From Mobula birostris (taxonomy: Eukaryota), in NCBI RefSeq assembly GCF_030028105.1, contig NC_092375.1, forward strand, positions 43,995,130-44,059,129: a stretch of 64,000 nucleotides of DNA, written 5' to 3'. The translations under genes were made by a program, and so were the position numbers. This document shows positions 1-13,100 of the stretch, one piece after another. Under the pieces are notes generated by a model. It saw only the letters and a program-made list of their open reading frames with translations, was not told the origin of the DNA and made no database searches. Within the stretch, counting starts at the first letter, position 1. Each line of letters begins with the position of its first letter.

Positions 1-909
1 GCTGAGAATGTTCCAGAAAAAAACCATCACAGAAGATCAGCTCCATGTGGTTCCAGGTTAGTTAAATGATACGGGTACCATGGTTTCCAGCAAATTTGCC
101 TTCTGGAACTGAAGGTGAAAGGAAAATCATTATTTATAATATCAATTAACATTTTCTCCACAAGTACAACCACATTACAAGTTTTTAAAATTGTTTTTTT
201 TCAACTACAGTTAATTTTACAGTTCCTAAATCCTTGAAGAAAAAGCAATGGAAATTGCAAGGTTTGGTTCCAGTCTCTCAGTGGTGAAAAGAGATATCAT
301 TGGTTGCCTATTCTGTTTAAAACAACTCTGAATATTCAGCATGTTTACCCACCAATCCACTTCTCTTCCTTTCCCAGTTCCTCCCCATAAGATAACTACC
401 TAATAATAGCTCTAAGGTGAGAGGGGCAAGTTTAAAGGATATTTACAAGGCAAGTCTTTTATACAGTTAGGTGCATGCACTGTGGGTAAATGGTGGAAGA
501 GTTATAAGGTGCCTTGACAGGTACATGAACAGGCAGGTCATTTAAAGATGCAGACCATGTGCAGACGATCCATATTGGCATCACAATTAGCACATTGCTT
601 GTTCCTATGTTCTGGAGTTTTAAATGGAACACTCATGAAAGTACTAATTACTTGACATTCCATTATGTGATCTTTGCCCATGTCTTGTACATGTTTTTGT
701 CTTAGTTAATGGTTTCTTGTATCCTTATAGGTACAGGATCTCTCTGCTCCCTATGCCGATACCACCGATGCAGTGATAACGAAGCACAGAGCCCAGATAT
801 TCTGATGTTTTGTCATTCTTTGTCCCAAATCAAATTCACCTGTGTAGTAAAAGCCATCATATGCCCTATTTCTCTACAACTGATTTTGTTTTAATAGAAG
901 TCCCCAGCT

Positions 910-1470
910 TCAGATTCCCAGCAATCAAAAGAGCAAAATACTGCAGATGCTGAAAAAAAAAATCAAAATATAAAAAAGTGTTAGAAATGTTCAGAACAGG
1001 CATCATCTTTGAAATTGGGAAAAGTTTGTTCTGTTTCTTAAAGAAGTATGCAAAAGAGGAAAGGGAAGAAAGCTATTGTGATATGTTAGAAGGCGGGAGA
1101 GGAGTACATGCTGAAAGAAATGAAGAAACGAGGAGGTACAAGGTAACAGGTATGATATTCCAGGGGACACAATTGTTGATGCTGGAACTCTGAAAATGGA
1201 AGGTGCTGGAAACACTCAGTCCCAGAAATTATTAAATCAGATTAAAACTGGAAGGAATATATAGCAATTGGAGGATGAGGTTCTCTTTCTTGACCTTGCT
1301 TTGAGATTCAATTAACAGTACAGTACACAAGGGCATAGGTGTCCAAGTAGGAATGGAATGGAAAATTAGGATGACAGACTGGGATTTTGGGATTGTGTAT
1401 GCAGGGTGAATGGGGTGTTGTTTAAAGCAGCTACAAAATCAGAAGTTGGCCTTCTCAATATTAGAGAGGG
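910..1470. mobile_element. Degenerate Penelope-like element fragment
   Basis: Contains the 'aaatactgcagatgctg' and 'ggaaggtgctggaaacactcag' terminal motifs and purine-rich tracts shared with the other Penelope-derived pieces in the window; boundaries approximate. Confidence 0.5.
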
Positions 1471-1530
1471 CTGAATCATGAGCAAATATTGAATTTTTAA
1501 ATTGAAAATGCAAGCAAGTCGCTGCCTCAC

Positions 1531-1606
1531 CTGGAAAAAGTATGTATGGTATGTCTGAAGCTTGAGATGGTAGGTGTTGTAGTGCCTGCAGTTGTTTTAG
1601 TAATTG
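1531..1606 (-). CDS. Candidate Thr-rich stalk exon (A)ITKTTAGTTTPTISSFRHTIHTFS, possibly of the VJ-type Ig gene
   Basis: Acceptor tctttcattttcag and donor CAG|GTGAGG on the minus strand; 76 nt; open in phase 1, matching the phase-1 end of the V exon; mucin-like composition. Confidence 0.4.
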
Positions 1607-2289
1607 CTGAAAATGAAAGAGTAAAGCAGAGCTTCTTAGATAGGAAAAAAACTCTTGATAATGATAAAGTAGAGGATAAAAAAGTATAGCTTTTGGTAAC
1701 AATTTTGGAATTACTGGAAAGAACTAGTAGATGATCCATAGAAGACTGATAAAATGGAAAGTGAGGACAAAACTAACTGTATTGTAGGTCTGGAAAGCAG
1801 GAGTCTGGGTGAGATAAATATGCTCTGTTAACCATGATGGACAAGACTGAGAAAATAAAACACAAAACATCTTTTAAAATTAATTTTCTGGATCGGGATC
1901 TCGCAGTTTTTGGTGTCATGCCCAGTTACTCTGGGGAAAACTATAGTAGCCTACCTCCTTGAACTTGTGCAGTGGTTTTAGTAAAGGTTTTCTGCGAGTG
2001 CTATTGTATGGGGATATATACCTAGCATTGATAAAGTACCAGCGATATATTTTCAAGATAGGACAGTATGTCATTTTTCTATGCAGATCATGGACATGGT
2101 ATGCATCTACTGTTCTTGTTCTTCTTGGTAGCAGAGGTCATTGGTTTGGGAGCTGTTGTGAGAGCTGCAAGTTAGATATGTGGACTGGTATACATTGTGT
2201 AAGAATGAGGAGGGAATGAATACATGGGATCAAAAAGAGTGCCTATCAAATGGGCTGCTTTGTCTGAGTTTCTTGCGTGTTGTTGGATT

Positions 2290-2690
2290 GGAAACAAAAG
2301 TCAAGGAAGCCTGGCCTGCTGAGTTCTTCTAGCATTTTGTATGCTTGTCTGTTACTCTGGATTTCCAGCATCCACAGAATCTCTTCTATGTTTGATTTGC
2401 TGTTTCATTGCGAAGTCTCTTCGGGGTATGCTTCCCCTGAAGGAATTTAAATCTTCTCTTCGACAGGAATTTGGTGAGACCCTCTCTCACTGCTCCCCCT
2501 TTATCTGTGCTGCTCTCTAACTCTTTGCCCCTTCCATCTTGTACTCCTTCTCCTCGCCCCACCTTCTTCCCCCTTCCTTTCCAGGCCCGATGAAGGGTTT
2601 CAGCTCACAGCTTCAACTCTTTATTCCTCCCCATAGATGCTGCCTGACCAGTTGAATTCCTCCAGCGTTTTGTGTGTGTTACACAGCAAT
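2290..2690 (+). mobile_element. Penelope-derived 3' fragments with decayed hammerhead-like motif
   Basis: 'cccgatgaagggtttcagctcacagcttcaact...catagatgctgcctgaccagttgaattcctccagcgttttgtgtgtg' matches the family seen at 44.7, 46.3 and 63.5 kb. Confidence 0.65.
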
Positions 2691-3279
2691 GTAAAGTTTC
2701 ATAAGAAATTTGATAAGCTGCTTGTTAAGCAGTTAGCACTCATTGGTTGTAGTGTGTGTGGGGGGTGGATAGCATAGGCAAGAATAATTTAAGCATGAAT
2801 TGTGGAACAATTGCTTGACAGAATGCAGAATCGCTGTTTGGGTTTACATTACCAATAGGTTGCAGCAAGGATTTGTCCTTGACTTCATAGAAAAAAACAG
2901 CTTCAACTATTTACTAGCAGATTAAATGAGGGCAGGTGATATTTATAAGTTTACTGGTGAAAGAAAGTTAAATGGAAAATTAACTCTGAGGATGCAGATG
3001 CTGTAAGTGGTATTGATTAATTAAGTAAGGAGGTAACATCAAAGTGCCAGAAGTAGTTAGCCAAAATCACCGAACAGTCCAACACAGTTAACATTTCAGG
3101 CCATTGTCCTTCATCTTTTTAAGTGCAGCTAAGTGTGGAGAAATACAGAAATATCCACTTTGATAGGAAAAATAAGAAGCAGTTTACTTTGAAGTGATGA
3201 GAGGCTTTCATGAACAAAAAGGCTCAGCAGAGGATGTACTTCTTGCAAAAGATGATAAAACTACACCTTCACAATAAAG

Positions 3280-3845
3280 TATAAAGTACAACATTCTGCA
3301 CTGTCACAACAGAGAATATCCTCACGTCAGCTATAAATTTCTGGTTGGTTCATCATTCTCTCACAATATATGAAAACTACAGCGAACTGTCAGGTCAGCT
3401 GAAAAGGTCAGTGATTGTCTACGATCACTGCAGGACTTGTATGTGGCCAAAGCAAGGAAGTAGATAAGAAAAATTATTGCAGACACTACCCACCCACAAA
3501 ATGCCTTTTCCAAAACTCCCTTCCACAGAGCTCTTTAGCTCAATTTTTTTGAGAAAAAACACATTTTAAAAGTTTTTCCACCAAGAATTCAATCTGTTAA
3601 GCTATTCTATTTAGCCACCCCATGCCCCCTCTATTTATTACCTCAGTCATTGCACTGTAAACACTTTAAGCCACCTTTTATAGAGCTGTTTACTTTGTAA
3701 ATACATGCTGGTATTGTGTATCTATGCACATTTTATTCCATATCTGTAACCTCTATGTTTATTTTTTTATAATTCTTTATTTCTGTAATGGTTGAATGTT
3801 CTTGTGTTTTGTTGCATGTCATGCCAATACACCACAACAAATTCC
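3280..3845 (+). mobile_element. Degenerate Rex1/L2-like LINE 3' fragment
   Basis: Decayed RT C-terminal region (agagaatatcctcacgtcagct...gacactacccaccca) followed by an AT-rich 3' UTR. Confidence 0.5.
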
Positions 3846-3849
3846 TAAT

Positions 3850-5240
3850 GCAAAATACTGGAGATGGTCAAGCAACAACTATGGAAATGAATAAACAGTA
3901 GGTATTCCAGGCCGAGAATCTTCTTCCAGACTGGAAAGTAAGGGGGGGCGATGCCTGAATAAAATGGTAGGGGGAGGGAGAAGAAGGATTAAGCTGGAAG
4001 GTATAGGTGAAGCCAAATGAATGGGAACAATAAAGAGCTGGAGAAGAAGGAATCTGACAGGAGAGGAGAATGGACTATGGGAGAAAGAGAAAAAGGAGGG
4101 GCATCGGGGGGAGATGATATACAGGTGAGGAGAAGAGGTAAGAGGCCAGAGTAAGGAATAGGAGAAGAGGGAAGGGGGAGGTGAAATTTTACTGTAAGGA
4201 GAAATTGATGGTCATGCCATCCTAGATGGAATATGAGGTGTGCTCCTCCACCCTGAGGGTGGTCTCATCATGGCAAAATGAGGAAGCCATGCACTGACAT
4301 GTCAGAATGGGAATAGGGATAGAAATTAAAATGGTTGGCCACCGGGAAATTCCAATTTTAGCAGATAGAGTGGAGGTGCTTGACAAAGCGTTCCCCCAAT
4401 TTATCTCGGGTTTCAGCAATGTAGAGGAGGCCGCATCAGGAGCACTGTATACAATAGATGACCCCAGCAGGATGGATGGGGGAGGAAGGGAGCAATACAG
4501 ATATGTTAGGTGGTAGGATCCTATTGAAGATGGTGGAAATTTTGGAGAATGATGTGTTGAATACGGAGGCTCATGAGGTAGTAGTTGAGGACAAGAGGCA
4601 CTTAATCCCTGTTAAGGTGGTGGGAAGATGGAGCGAGTGTGGATGTACAGGAAATGGAGATGTAGGTGAAGGTAGCATCAATGGTGGAAGAAGGGAAACC
4701 TTGCTCTTTGAAAAAGAGAACATCTCAAGAGTTACTCTTGTCTTCATCCCATGAGACTCCGCATCCAAGACGTCATTCTCCACATATTCCACCATCTTCA
4801 ACCAGCAAACCAAAACAGATCTTTATCTCTCCTCATTCTCCACTCTTCACAGGGAGCATCCTTTCGTCCCTCTCCACTAAGTTCCCTCTTAGCACATGTC
4901 CCTGCAAATGACAAATGTTACACCTGTCCATTCACCTCATCCCATACCTCTATTCAGGTCCCCAAGCAGTTCCTTTGGGCGAGGCAACACTTCACCCGTG
5001 AATCTGTTGAGGTCATCTATATTATCCAAAGTTCACCTAGCACATTCTAGCCAATCCTCCTTACCTTCCCCCCCACTTTCTTATTCTGATAATCTTCCCC
5101 CCCACATCCAGTCCTGCAATAGAGTCTCAGCCCGAAATGTTGACTGTTTATTCATTTCCATTGAAGCTACCTGACCTGCTGTGTTTCTCCAGCATTTTGT
5201 GGGTGTTGCTCCAGATTTCCAGGATCTGCAGAATCTTTTG
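3850..5240. mobile_element. Penelope-like element remnant (GIY-YIG endonuclease), two inverted halves
   Basis: Plus ORF 4751-5050 contains KCYTCPFTSSHTSIQ..RQHFT..SVEVIYII, the GIY-YIG N-terminal signature. The minus segment near 4200-4420 encodes the C-terminal DETTLRVEEHTSY region. Orientation switches at about 4740. Confidence 0.7.
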
Positions 5241-5630
5241 TATTTATAAATTCCTAATACATGTAAACGTATATGGAGAATAAAGTTGAAGCTCAATCCT
5301 TGATTGGTTAGTCTACTATTTGAAAGGCTAGTTAGTCTACTTTTCAGAAGTATTTGGGGAGCCTTTGTATTTGATATAAAAAAATGTAACTTTTAGGAGT
5401 GAAAACTTCGCAATATACAAGCACAAATTTCAAAACCTTGCAAGACATACCTCTGTTTTGGGTTTAGAAGAATTTCTCAACACAAATGAAATAACACAAG
5501 AGCAGGACAAATAAACTGTAGCGGAGGATTGTCAATAAGTAATGCAAATTGGTTCCTATTTCTGGAATACAATAGATAAATGATCAGTCAGCATGTTTAG
5601 TATTTTGACATTCCATGTTGTTACAACCTA

Positions 5631-6156
5631 CACTCAGAAGCCACTCCATTAGGTGCACGTACACTTGCACATTAATGCAAGTATCTAATCAGCCAATCGT
5701 GTGGCAGCAACTCAATGAATAAAAGCAGACATACATGGCCAAGAGATTCAGTTGTTGTTCAGACTAAACATCAGAAGGGGAAAGAAATGTGACTTTGACC
5801 CTGTTGATGCGAGACGGGGTAGTTTGGGTATTTCAGAAACTGCTGGTCTGCTGGGATTTTCACACACAAGTCTCTAGAGTTTACAAAGAATGGTGAAAAG
5901 GAGAATCCAGCGAGTGGCAGTTCTGTGAGTAAAAATGCCTTCTTAATGAGAGAGTTCAGAGGAGGATGGCTAGACTGGTTCAAGCTGACGGGGTGGTGAC
6001 AGTAATTCAGATAACCACACGTTATAACAGTGGGGTGCAGGAGAGCATCCCTGAATACACAACATGTCAAACCTTGAGGTGGAGGAGACCAGGAACATAA
6101 ACTCAGTGACTACTTTATTAGGTACAAGAGGTACATAATGATGTGACCACTGAGTG
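5631..6156 (+). mobile_element. Internally deleted Tc1-like DNA transposon
   Basis: Termini TA|CACTCAG ... CTGAGTG|TA; interior is a decayed Tc1 paired-like HTH region (ggtatttcagaaactgctggtctgctgggattttcacacac). Confidence 0.75.
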
Positions 6157-6159
6157 TAC

Positions 6160-8990
6160 AGTCAGCCTTGATCATATCCTAATTGGAAGAGGGTCATAAG
6201 TATACGTACTGACATGGATAGAAAATTGGTTGGCAGACAGGCCCCCAACCAATACATAACTCTACTCTCCCCTCCTACCCTCCTCACAGCCCCCCACCCT
6301 GCTCTCATGACTACACCCCTTCCCCACATGAAACCACCACGGTGGGCTTCACAGCTGAACAGGTGAGAAGACAATTGAAACGTATCCATCCAAGCAAGGC
6401 TACAGGCCTGGATGGTGTCAGCACCGGGGTGCTCAAAGCCTGTGCTCCCCAGCTATGTGGAGTACTCCACCATGTCTTCAACCTGAGCCTGAGTCTCCAG
6501 AGGGTTCCTGTGCTGTGGAAGACGTCCTGGCTCGTCCCTGTGCCGAAGACGCTGCGTCCCAGTGGCTTCAATGACTACAGACCGGTAGCATTGACCTCCC
6601 ACATCATGAAGACCCCGGAGAGGCTTGTTCTAGAGCAGCTCTGGCCTGTGGTTAGACCACACTTAGATCCCCTCCAGTTCGCCTACCAGCCCCGACTAGG
6701 AGTTGAGGATGCCATCGTCTTCCTGCTGAATCCTGTCTATGTCCACCTGGACAAGCCAGCGAGCACTGTGAGGGTCATGTTTTTTGACTTCTCCAGTGCG
6801 TTCAACACCATCCGCCCTGCTCTGCTGGGGGAGAAGCTGACAGCGATGCATGTGGATGCTTCCCTGGTATCATGGATTCTTGATTACCTGACTGGCAGAC
6901 CACAGTACGTGTGCTTGCAACACTGTGTGTCAGACAGAGTGGTCAGCAGCACTGGGGCTCCACAGGAGACTGTCTTCTCTCCCTTTCTCTTCACCATTTA
7001 CACCTCAGACTTCAACTACTACACAGAGTCTTGCCATCTTCAGAAGTTTTCTGATGACTCTGCCATAGTTGGATGAATCAGCAAGGGAGATGAGGCTGAG
7101 TACAAGGCTACGGTGGGAAACTTGTGTCACATGGTGTGAGCAGAATTATCTGCAGCTTAATGTGAAAAAGACTAAGGAGCTGGTGGTGGACCTGAGGAGG
7201 GCTAAGGCACCAGTGAGCCCTGTTTCCATCCAAGGGGTCAGTGTGGACATGGTGGAGGATTACAAATGCCTGGGAATAAGAATTGACAATAAACTGGACT
7301 GGTCAAAGAACCCTGAGGCAGTCTACAAGAAGGGTCAGAGCCGTCTCTATTTCCTGAGGAGACTGAGGTCCTTTACCATCTGTCAGATGATGCTGAGGAT
7401 GTTCTACGGGTCTGTGGTGGCCAGTGCTATCAGGTTTGCAGTTGTGTGCTGGGGCAGCAGGCTGAGGGTAGCAGACACCAACAGAATCAACAAACTCATT
7501 TGTAAGGCCAGTGATGTTGTGGGGATGGAACTGGACTCTCTGACGGTGGTGTCTGAAAAGAGGATGTTGTCCAAGTTGCCTGCCATCTTGGTCAATGTCT
7601 CCCATCCTCTACATAATGTACTGGTTGGGCACAGGAGTACATTCAGCCAGAGACTCATTCCACCGAGATGCAACACTGAGCATCATAGGAAGTCATTCCT
7701 GCCTGTGGCTATCAAACTATACAACTCCTTCCTTGGAGGTCAGACACCCTGAGCCAATAGTCTGGTCCTGGACTTATTTCCATCTGGCATAATTTACATA
7801 TTATTATTTAATTATTTATGGTTTTATATTGCTATATTTATACTCTACTCTTGGTTGGTGCAACTGTAACGAAATCCAATTTCCCTCGGGATCAATAAAG
7901 TATGTCTATTTGTTTATCTATCTGTCTATGAAACAAAGAGTAGGGATTAATGGGTCCTTTTCAGAACGGCAAGCAGTGACTAGTGGGGTACTGCAAGGCT
8001 TGGTGCTGGGACGGCAGCTATTTACAATATACATTAATGATTTAGATGAAGGAATTAAAAGCAACATTAGCAAATTTGCAGATGACACAAAGCTGGGTGG
8101 CAGTGTGAAATGTGAGGAGGATGTTATGAGAATGCAGGGTGACTTGGACAGGTTGGGTGAGGGGGCAGATGCAGTTTAATGTGCATAAATGTGAGGTTTT
8201 CCACTTTGGTGGCAAGAACAGGAAAGTAGATTACTATCTGAATGGTGTCAAGTTCGGAAAAGGGGAAGTACAACGAGATCTAGGGGTCCTTCTTCATCAG
8301 TCACTGAAAGTAAGCATGCAGATACAGCAGGCAGTGAAGAAAGCTAATGGCATGTTGGCCTTCATAAGAAAGGGAGTTGACTATAGGAGCAAAGAGGTCC
8401 TTCTGCAGTTGTACAGGGCCCTCATGAGGCCACACCTGGAGTATTGTGTACAGTTTTGGTCTCCAATTTGAAGAAGGACATTCTAGCTATTGAGGGAGTG
8501 CAGCGTAGGTTCACGAGGTTAATTCCCAGGATGTTGGGACTGTCATATGTTGAAAGATTGGGGCGACTGCGTTTGTATACACGGGAATTTAGAAGGATGA
8601 GAGGGTATCTGATTGAAACATATAAGACTATTAAGGGATTGGACACACTAGAGGCAGGAAACATGTTCCCAATGTTGGGGGAGTCCAGAACCAGAGGCCA
8701 CAGTTTAAGAGTAAGGGGTAGACCATTTAGAACGGAGTTGAGGAAAAACTTCTTCACACAGAGGGTTGTGGTTCTGTGGAATGCTCTGCCTCAGAAGGCA
8801 GTGGAGGCCAATTCTCTGGATTCTTTCCAGAAAGAGTTAGATAGAGCTCTTAAAGATAGTGGAGTCAAGGGATATGGGGAGAAGGCAGGAAAAGTGTACT
8901 GATTGTGGATGATCAGCCATGATCACAGTGAATGGTGGTGCTGGCTTGAAGGGCTGAATGGCCTACTCCTACACCTATTGTCTATATCAT
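6160..8990 (+). mobile_element. 5'-truncated CR1 LINE (RT to 3' tail), interrupted by a Rex1 element
   Basis: WIENWLADR (to about 6241) continues as KQRVGING at 7930; ORFs contain [15 protein letters not shown] and LEYCVQFWSP; CR1 3' UTR up to about 8990. Confidence 0.9.
6242..7929 (+). mobile_element. Rex1/Babar-type LINE, 5'-truncated, RT with frameshift
   Basis: ORFs 6342-7076 (KATGLDGV, DYRPVALTS, FFDFSSAFNTI, KFSDDS) and 7069-7752; 3' tail gggatcaataaagtatgtctat. Confidence 0.9.
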
Positions 8991-10164
8991 GAGTCATTAT
9001 TGTTTAATTGGACCAAAATCTCACATAGTAAATACGAAAACACAATTTTCAGGCTACGTTGAGGGTATTTCCCTCATTGTCTTGAGTTTGGAGATATTTT
9101 CTTTCAAAGCCTGTGAGTTCTATTTCTTCTTTCCATATCACAAATATTCCTGCAAGTTCCCAGTCATCTAATGTTTTTTGTGGGGATATTTGGGCAGTGG
9201 AGTGAGCCAAAATGGTAAAATGTAAAAATATACCATTGAGAACTTCATCCTCTGGAATAAAGTCTGTTAAAAAAAAAGAAATAGAATCATTAATTATTTA
9301 GAAATAAACTTACAGTAATAAGTATTTGACAGGCTTGATCATTGCCAGGATTTTCATTTCAGCACTGAATTCACCAGCTTTTACTCCTTGTGTTAGAACT
9401 GGCCGATTCTGATGTGCAGACATCTGCTTCAACTCCACTTATATCTCTCAGCAGATGCAGCTTGGTCTGCTGGGTCTTTTAACGATGCAGATTTCCACAC
9501 AAGATGTCCTTTGCCTCCAAAAGACCCAGCACAGTATTTGTTTCCTATTCTTTCTCTCCTTATTTTCCATCGTTCTCCCATTATTAAACCACTCAGAAAG
9601 CATTGAATGACTTGCATACCCTTGGTCTCTACTATTTCACGGATGTTCTCTCTACCCACCCCTACTCTCAGATTTAAAACATACTTGTCTTCCAACTTCT
9701 CTGGTTCTCTCTGCAGAATCCAATCTGGCCTACTGAGCATTTCCGGCATTTTCTGTTACTACGTGGATTTCATTATTGTGGTAAATGCAGGAGAGTTTGA
9801 TACTGCATGTTCACACTAACAGTCTTAAGCTGATCTTTCAAACAAAAATAAAACTACAAGCTAGATAATTGATATTGGACACAAGACAAACTATAGTTTT
9901 GAAGAAAGAACAAATGCAGTTTCAGCTGGATAATAATGCAGCTCAGAAGTATCTCTACCACTTAGGTCATACTCAATTGAATTTGTAAATTCGATTGCCA
10001 CTAGGTGAAAATCCCCACTAACTGCACAATCGGAGTCCCTTCACGAGAAGGTTCAGACTGCCTGGACATAACCTTCTCATGAGCACTTAAAGGACGGGTA
10101 ACCATTGCCGATCTTTCTGGAAACCCATATCCTGATTTTGATAAACAACACCGAAAGATCAGAT

Positions 10165-13100
10165 TAGAAACATAGAAAACCTACAGCACAGTACAGGTCC
10201 TTCAGCTCACAGTGCTGTGCCGAACATGTACTTACTTTAGAAATTACCTAGGGTTACCCATAGCCCTCTATTTTTCTAAGCTCCATGTACCCATCCAGGA
10301 GTCTCTTAAAAGACCCTATTGTATCTGCCTCCACCACAGTCGCCAAGTACCCATTCCATGCACTCACCACAATCTGCGTAAAAAACTTACCACTGACATC
10401 CCTTCTGTACGTACTTCCAAGCACCTTAAAATTGTCCCTTCTCTATTAGTATTTTCAGCCCAGGAAAAAAGCCTCTGACTATCCACACGATCAATGCCTC
10501 TCATCATCTTATACACCTCTATCAGGACACCTCTCATCCTCCGTCGTTCCAAGGAGAAAAGGTAAATTCACTCAACCTATTCTCATAAGGCATGCTCCCC
10601 AGTCCAGGCAATATCCTTGTAAATCTCCTCTGCACCCTTTCTATAGTTTCCACATCCTTCCTGTAGTGAGGTGACCAGAATTGAGTGCAGTACTCCAAGT
10701 GGGATCTGAGCAGGGTCCTATATAGCTGTAGCATTACCTCTCGGATCTTGAACTTAATCCCACGGTAGATGAAGGCCTATACACCGTATGTCTTCGTAAC
10801 CACAAAGACAACCTGTGCAACAGCTTTGAGTGCCCTATGGACTGGGAACCCAAGATCCCTCTAATCCTCCACACAGCCAAGAGTTTTACTGTTAATACTA
10901 TATTCTGCCATCAGATTTGACCTACCAAAATTAACCACCTCACAATTATCTGGGTTGAGTTCCATCTGCTACTTCTCAGCCCAGTTTTGCATCCTATCGA
11001 TGTCCCATTGTAAACTCTTGACAGCTGTCCACACTGTCCACAGCACCCCCAACCTTTGTGTCATCTGCAAATTTACTAACCCATCCCTCCACTTCCTCAT
11101 CCAGGTCATTTACAAAAATCACAAAGAGAAGGGGTCCCAGAACAGATCCCTGAGGCACACCACTGGTCACCAGCCTCCATGCAGAATATGATCCATCTAC
11201 AACCACTCTTTGCCTTCTGTGGGCAAGCCAGTTCTGGATCCACAAAGCAAGGTTCCTTTGGATCCCATACCTCCTTCCTTTCTCCATAAGCCTTGAATGG
11301 GGTAACTTATCAAATGCCCTGCTGAAATCCATATACACTACATCTACTGTTCTACCTTCATCAATGTGTTTAGTCACATCCTCACAAAATTCAAAAAGAC
11401 TTGTAAGGCATGACCTACCTTTGACAAAGCCATGCTGACTATTCCTAATCATATTCTGCCCCTCCAAATGTTCATAAATCCTGCCTCTCAGGATCTCCTC
11501 CATCAACTTACCAACTACTGAAGTAAGACTCACTGGTCTATAACTTCCAGGGCTATCTCTACTCCCTTTCTTGAATAAGGGAACAAGCTCTGCAACCATC
11601 CAATCCTCCAGAACCTCTCCCATCCCCATGATGATGCAAAGATCATTGCAATCTCCTCCCTCGCCTCCCACAATAACCTAGGGTATATCTCATCCGGTCC
11701 CAGTGACTTAGCCAACCTGATGCTTTCCAAAAGCTCCAGCACATCCTCTTTCTTACTATCTATATGCTCAATCTTTTCAGTTCACTCTAAGTCATCCCTA
11801 CAATTGCCAATGTCTTTTTCCATAGTGAATACTGAAGCAAAAATACCTCCGTTACCTCCTCCGGTTCTATACACACTTTTTCACTGTCACATTTGATTGG
11901 TCCTATTCTTTAACATCTTATCCTCTTGCTCTTTACATACTTGTAGGATGCCTTGGGGTTTTCCTTAATCCTGCCCGCCAAGGCCTTCTCATGGACCCTT
12001 CTGGCTCTCCTAATTTCATTCTTAAGCACCATCATGACAGCCTTATAATTGTCTAGATCTCTATCATTACCTAGTTTTTTGAACCTTCCATAAGCTTTTC
12101 CTTTCTTCTTGACTAGATTTTCTACAGCCTTTGTACACTATGGGTCCTATACCCTACCATTTTTACCCTGTCTCATTGGAACGTACCTATGCAGAATGCC
12201 ATGCAAATATCCACTGAACATTTGCCACATTTCTGCCGTACATTTCCCTAATAATATCTGTTCCCAATTTATGCTTCCAAGTTCCTGCCTGAGAGCTTCA
12301 TATTTCCATCTACTCCAATTAAATGTTGTCCTAACTTGTCTGCTCCTATCCCTCTCCAATGTTATGGTAAAACAGAGAATTGTAATCACTATATCCGAAA
12401 TGCTCTCCCACTGAGAGACCTGACACCTGACCAGGTTCATTTCCCAATAACAGATCAAGTACAGCCTCTCCTCTTGTAGGCTTATCTACATATTGTATCA
12501 GGAAACCTTCCTAAAGACACCTAACGAACTCCACCCCATCTAAACCCCTTGCTCTAGGGAGATGTCAATCAATATTTGGGAAATTGAAATTTCCCACCAC
12601 AACAACCTTGTTATTATTACACCTTTCCAGAATCTGCTTCCCTATCTGCTCCTCGATGTCCCTGTTACTATTGGGTGGTCTATAAGAAAACACCCAGTAG
12701 AGTTATTGACTCTTTCCTGTTTCTAACTTCCACCCACAGTGGATCAGTAGACAGTCCCTTCATGACTTCCTCCTTTTCTGCAGCTGTAACACTATCTCTG
12801 ATCAACAGTGCAACGCCCCCACCTCTTTTGCCTCCCCCCCCCCGTTCTTTTGAAACATCTAAAGTCTGGCCCCCTAAGTAGCCATTCCTGCCTCTGAGTC
12901 ATCCAAGTCTCTGTAATGGCCTCAACATTATAGCTCCAAATACTGATCCACGCTGTAAGTTCATCTGCTCTGTTCATGATACTCCTTGCATTAAAATACA
13001 CATCTCAAACCATCAGTCTGAGTGCATCCCTTCTCTATCACCTGCCTATCCTCCCTCTCACACTGCCTACAAGCTTTCTCTATTTGTGAACCAACCACCC

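Noticed and set aside
8924-8930. CACAGTG RSS-like heptamer (also 10208-10214)
   Set aside because: Both lie in CR1 3' tails, far from the V exon; no nonamer at 12/23 spacing was noticed.
9314-9420. Leader-like MKILAMIKPVKYLL with GTAAGT donor
   Set aside because: Only a 50-nt intron to the next acceptor, the spliced frame stops after a few codons, and no Ig exon follows.
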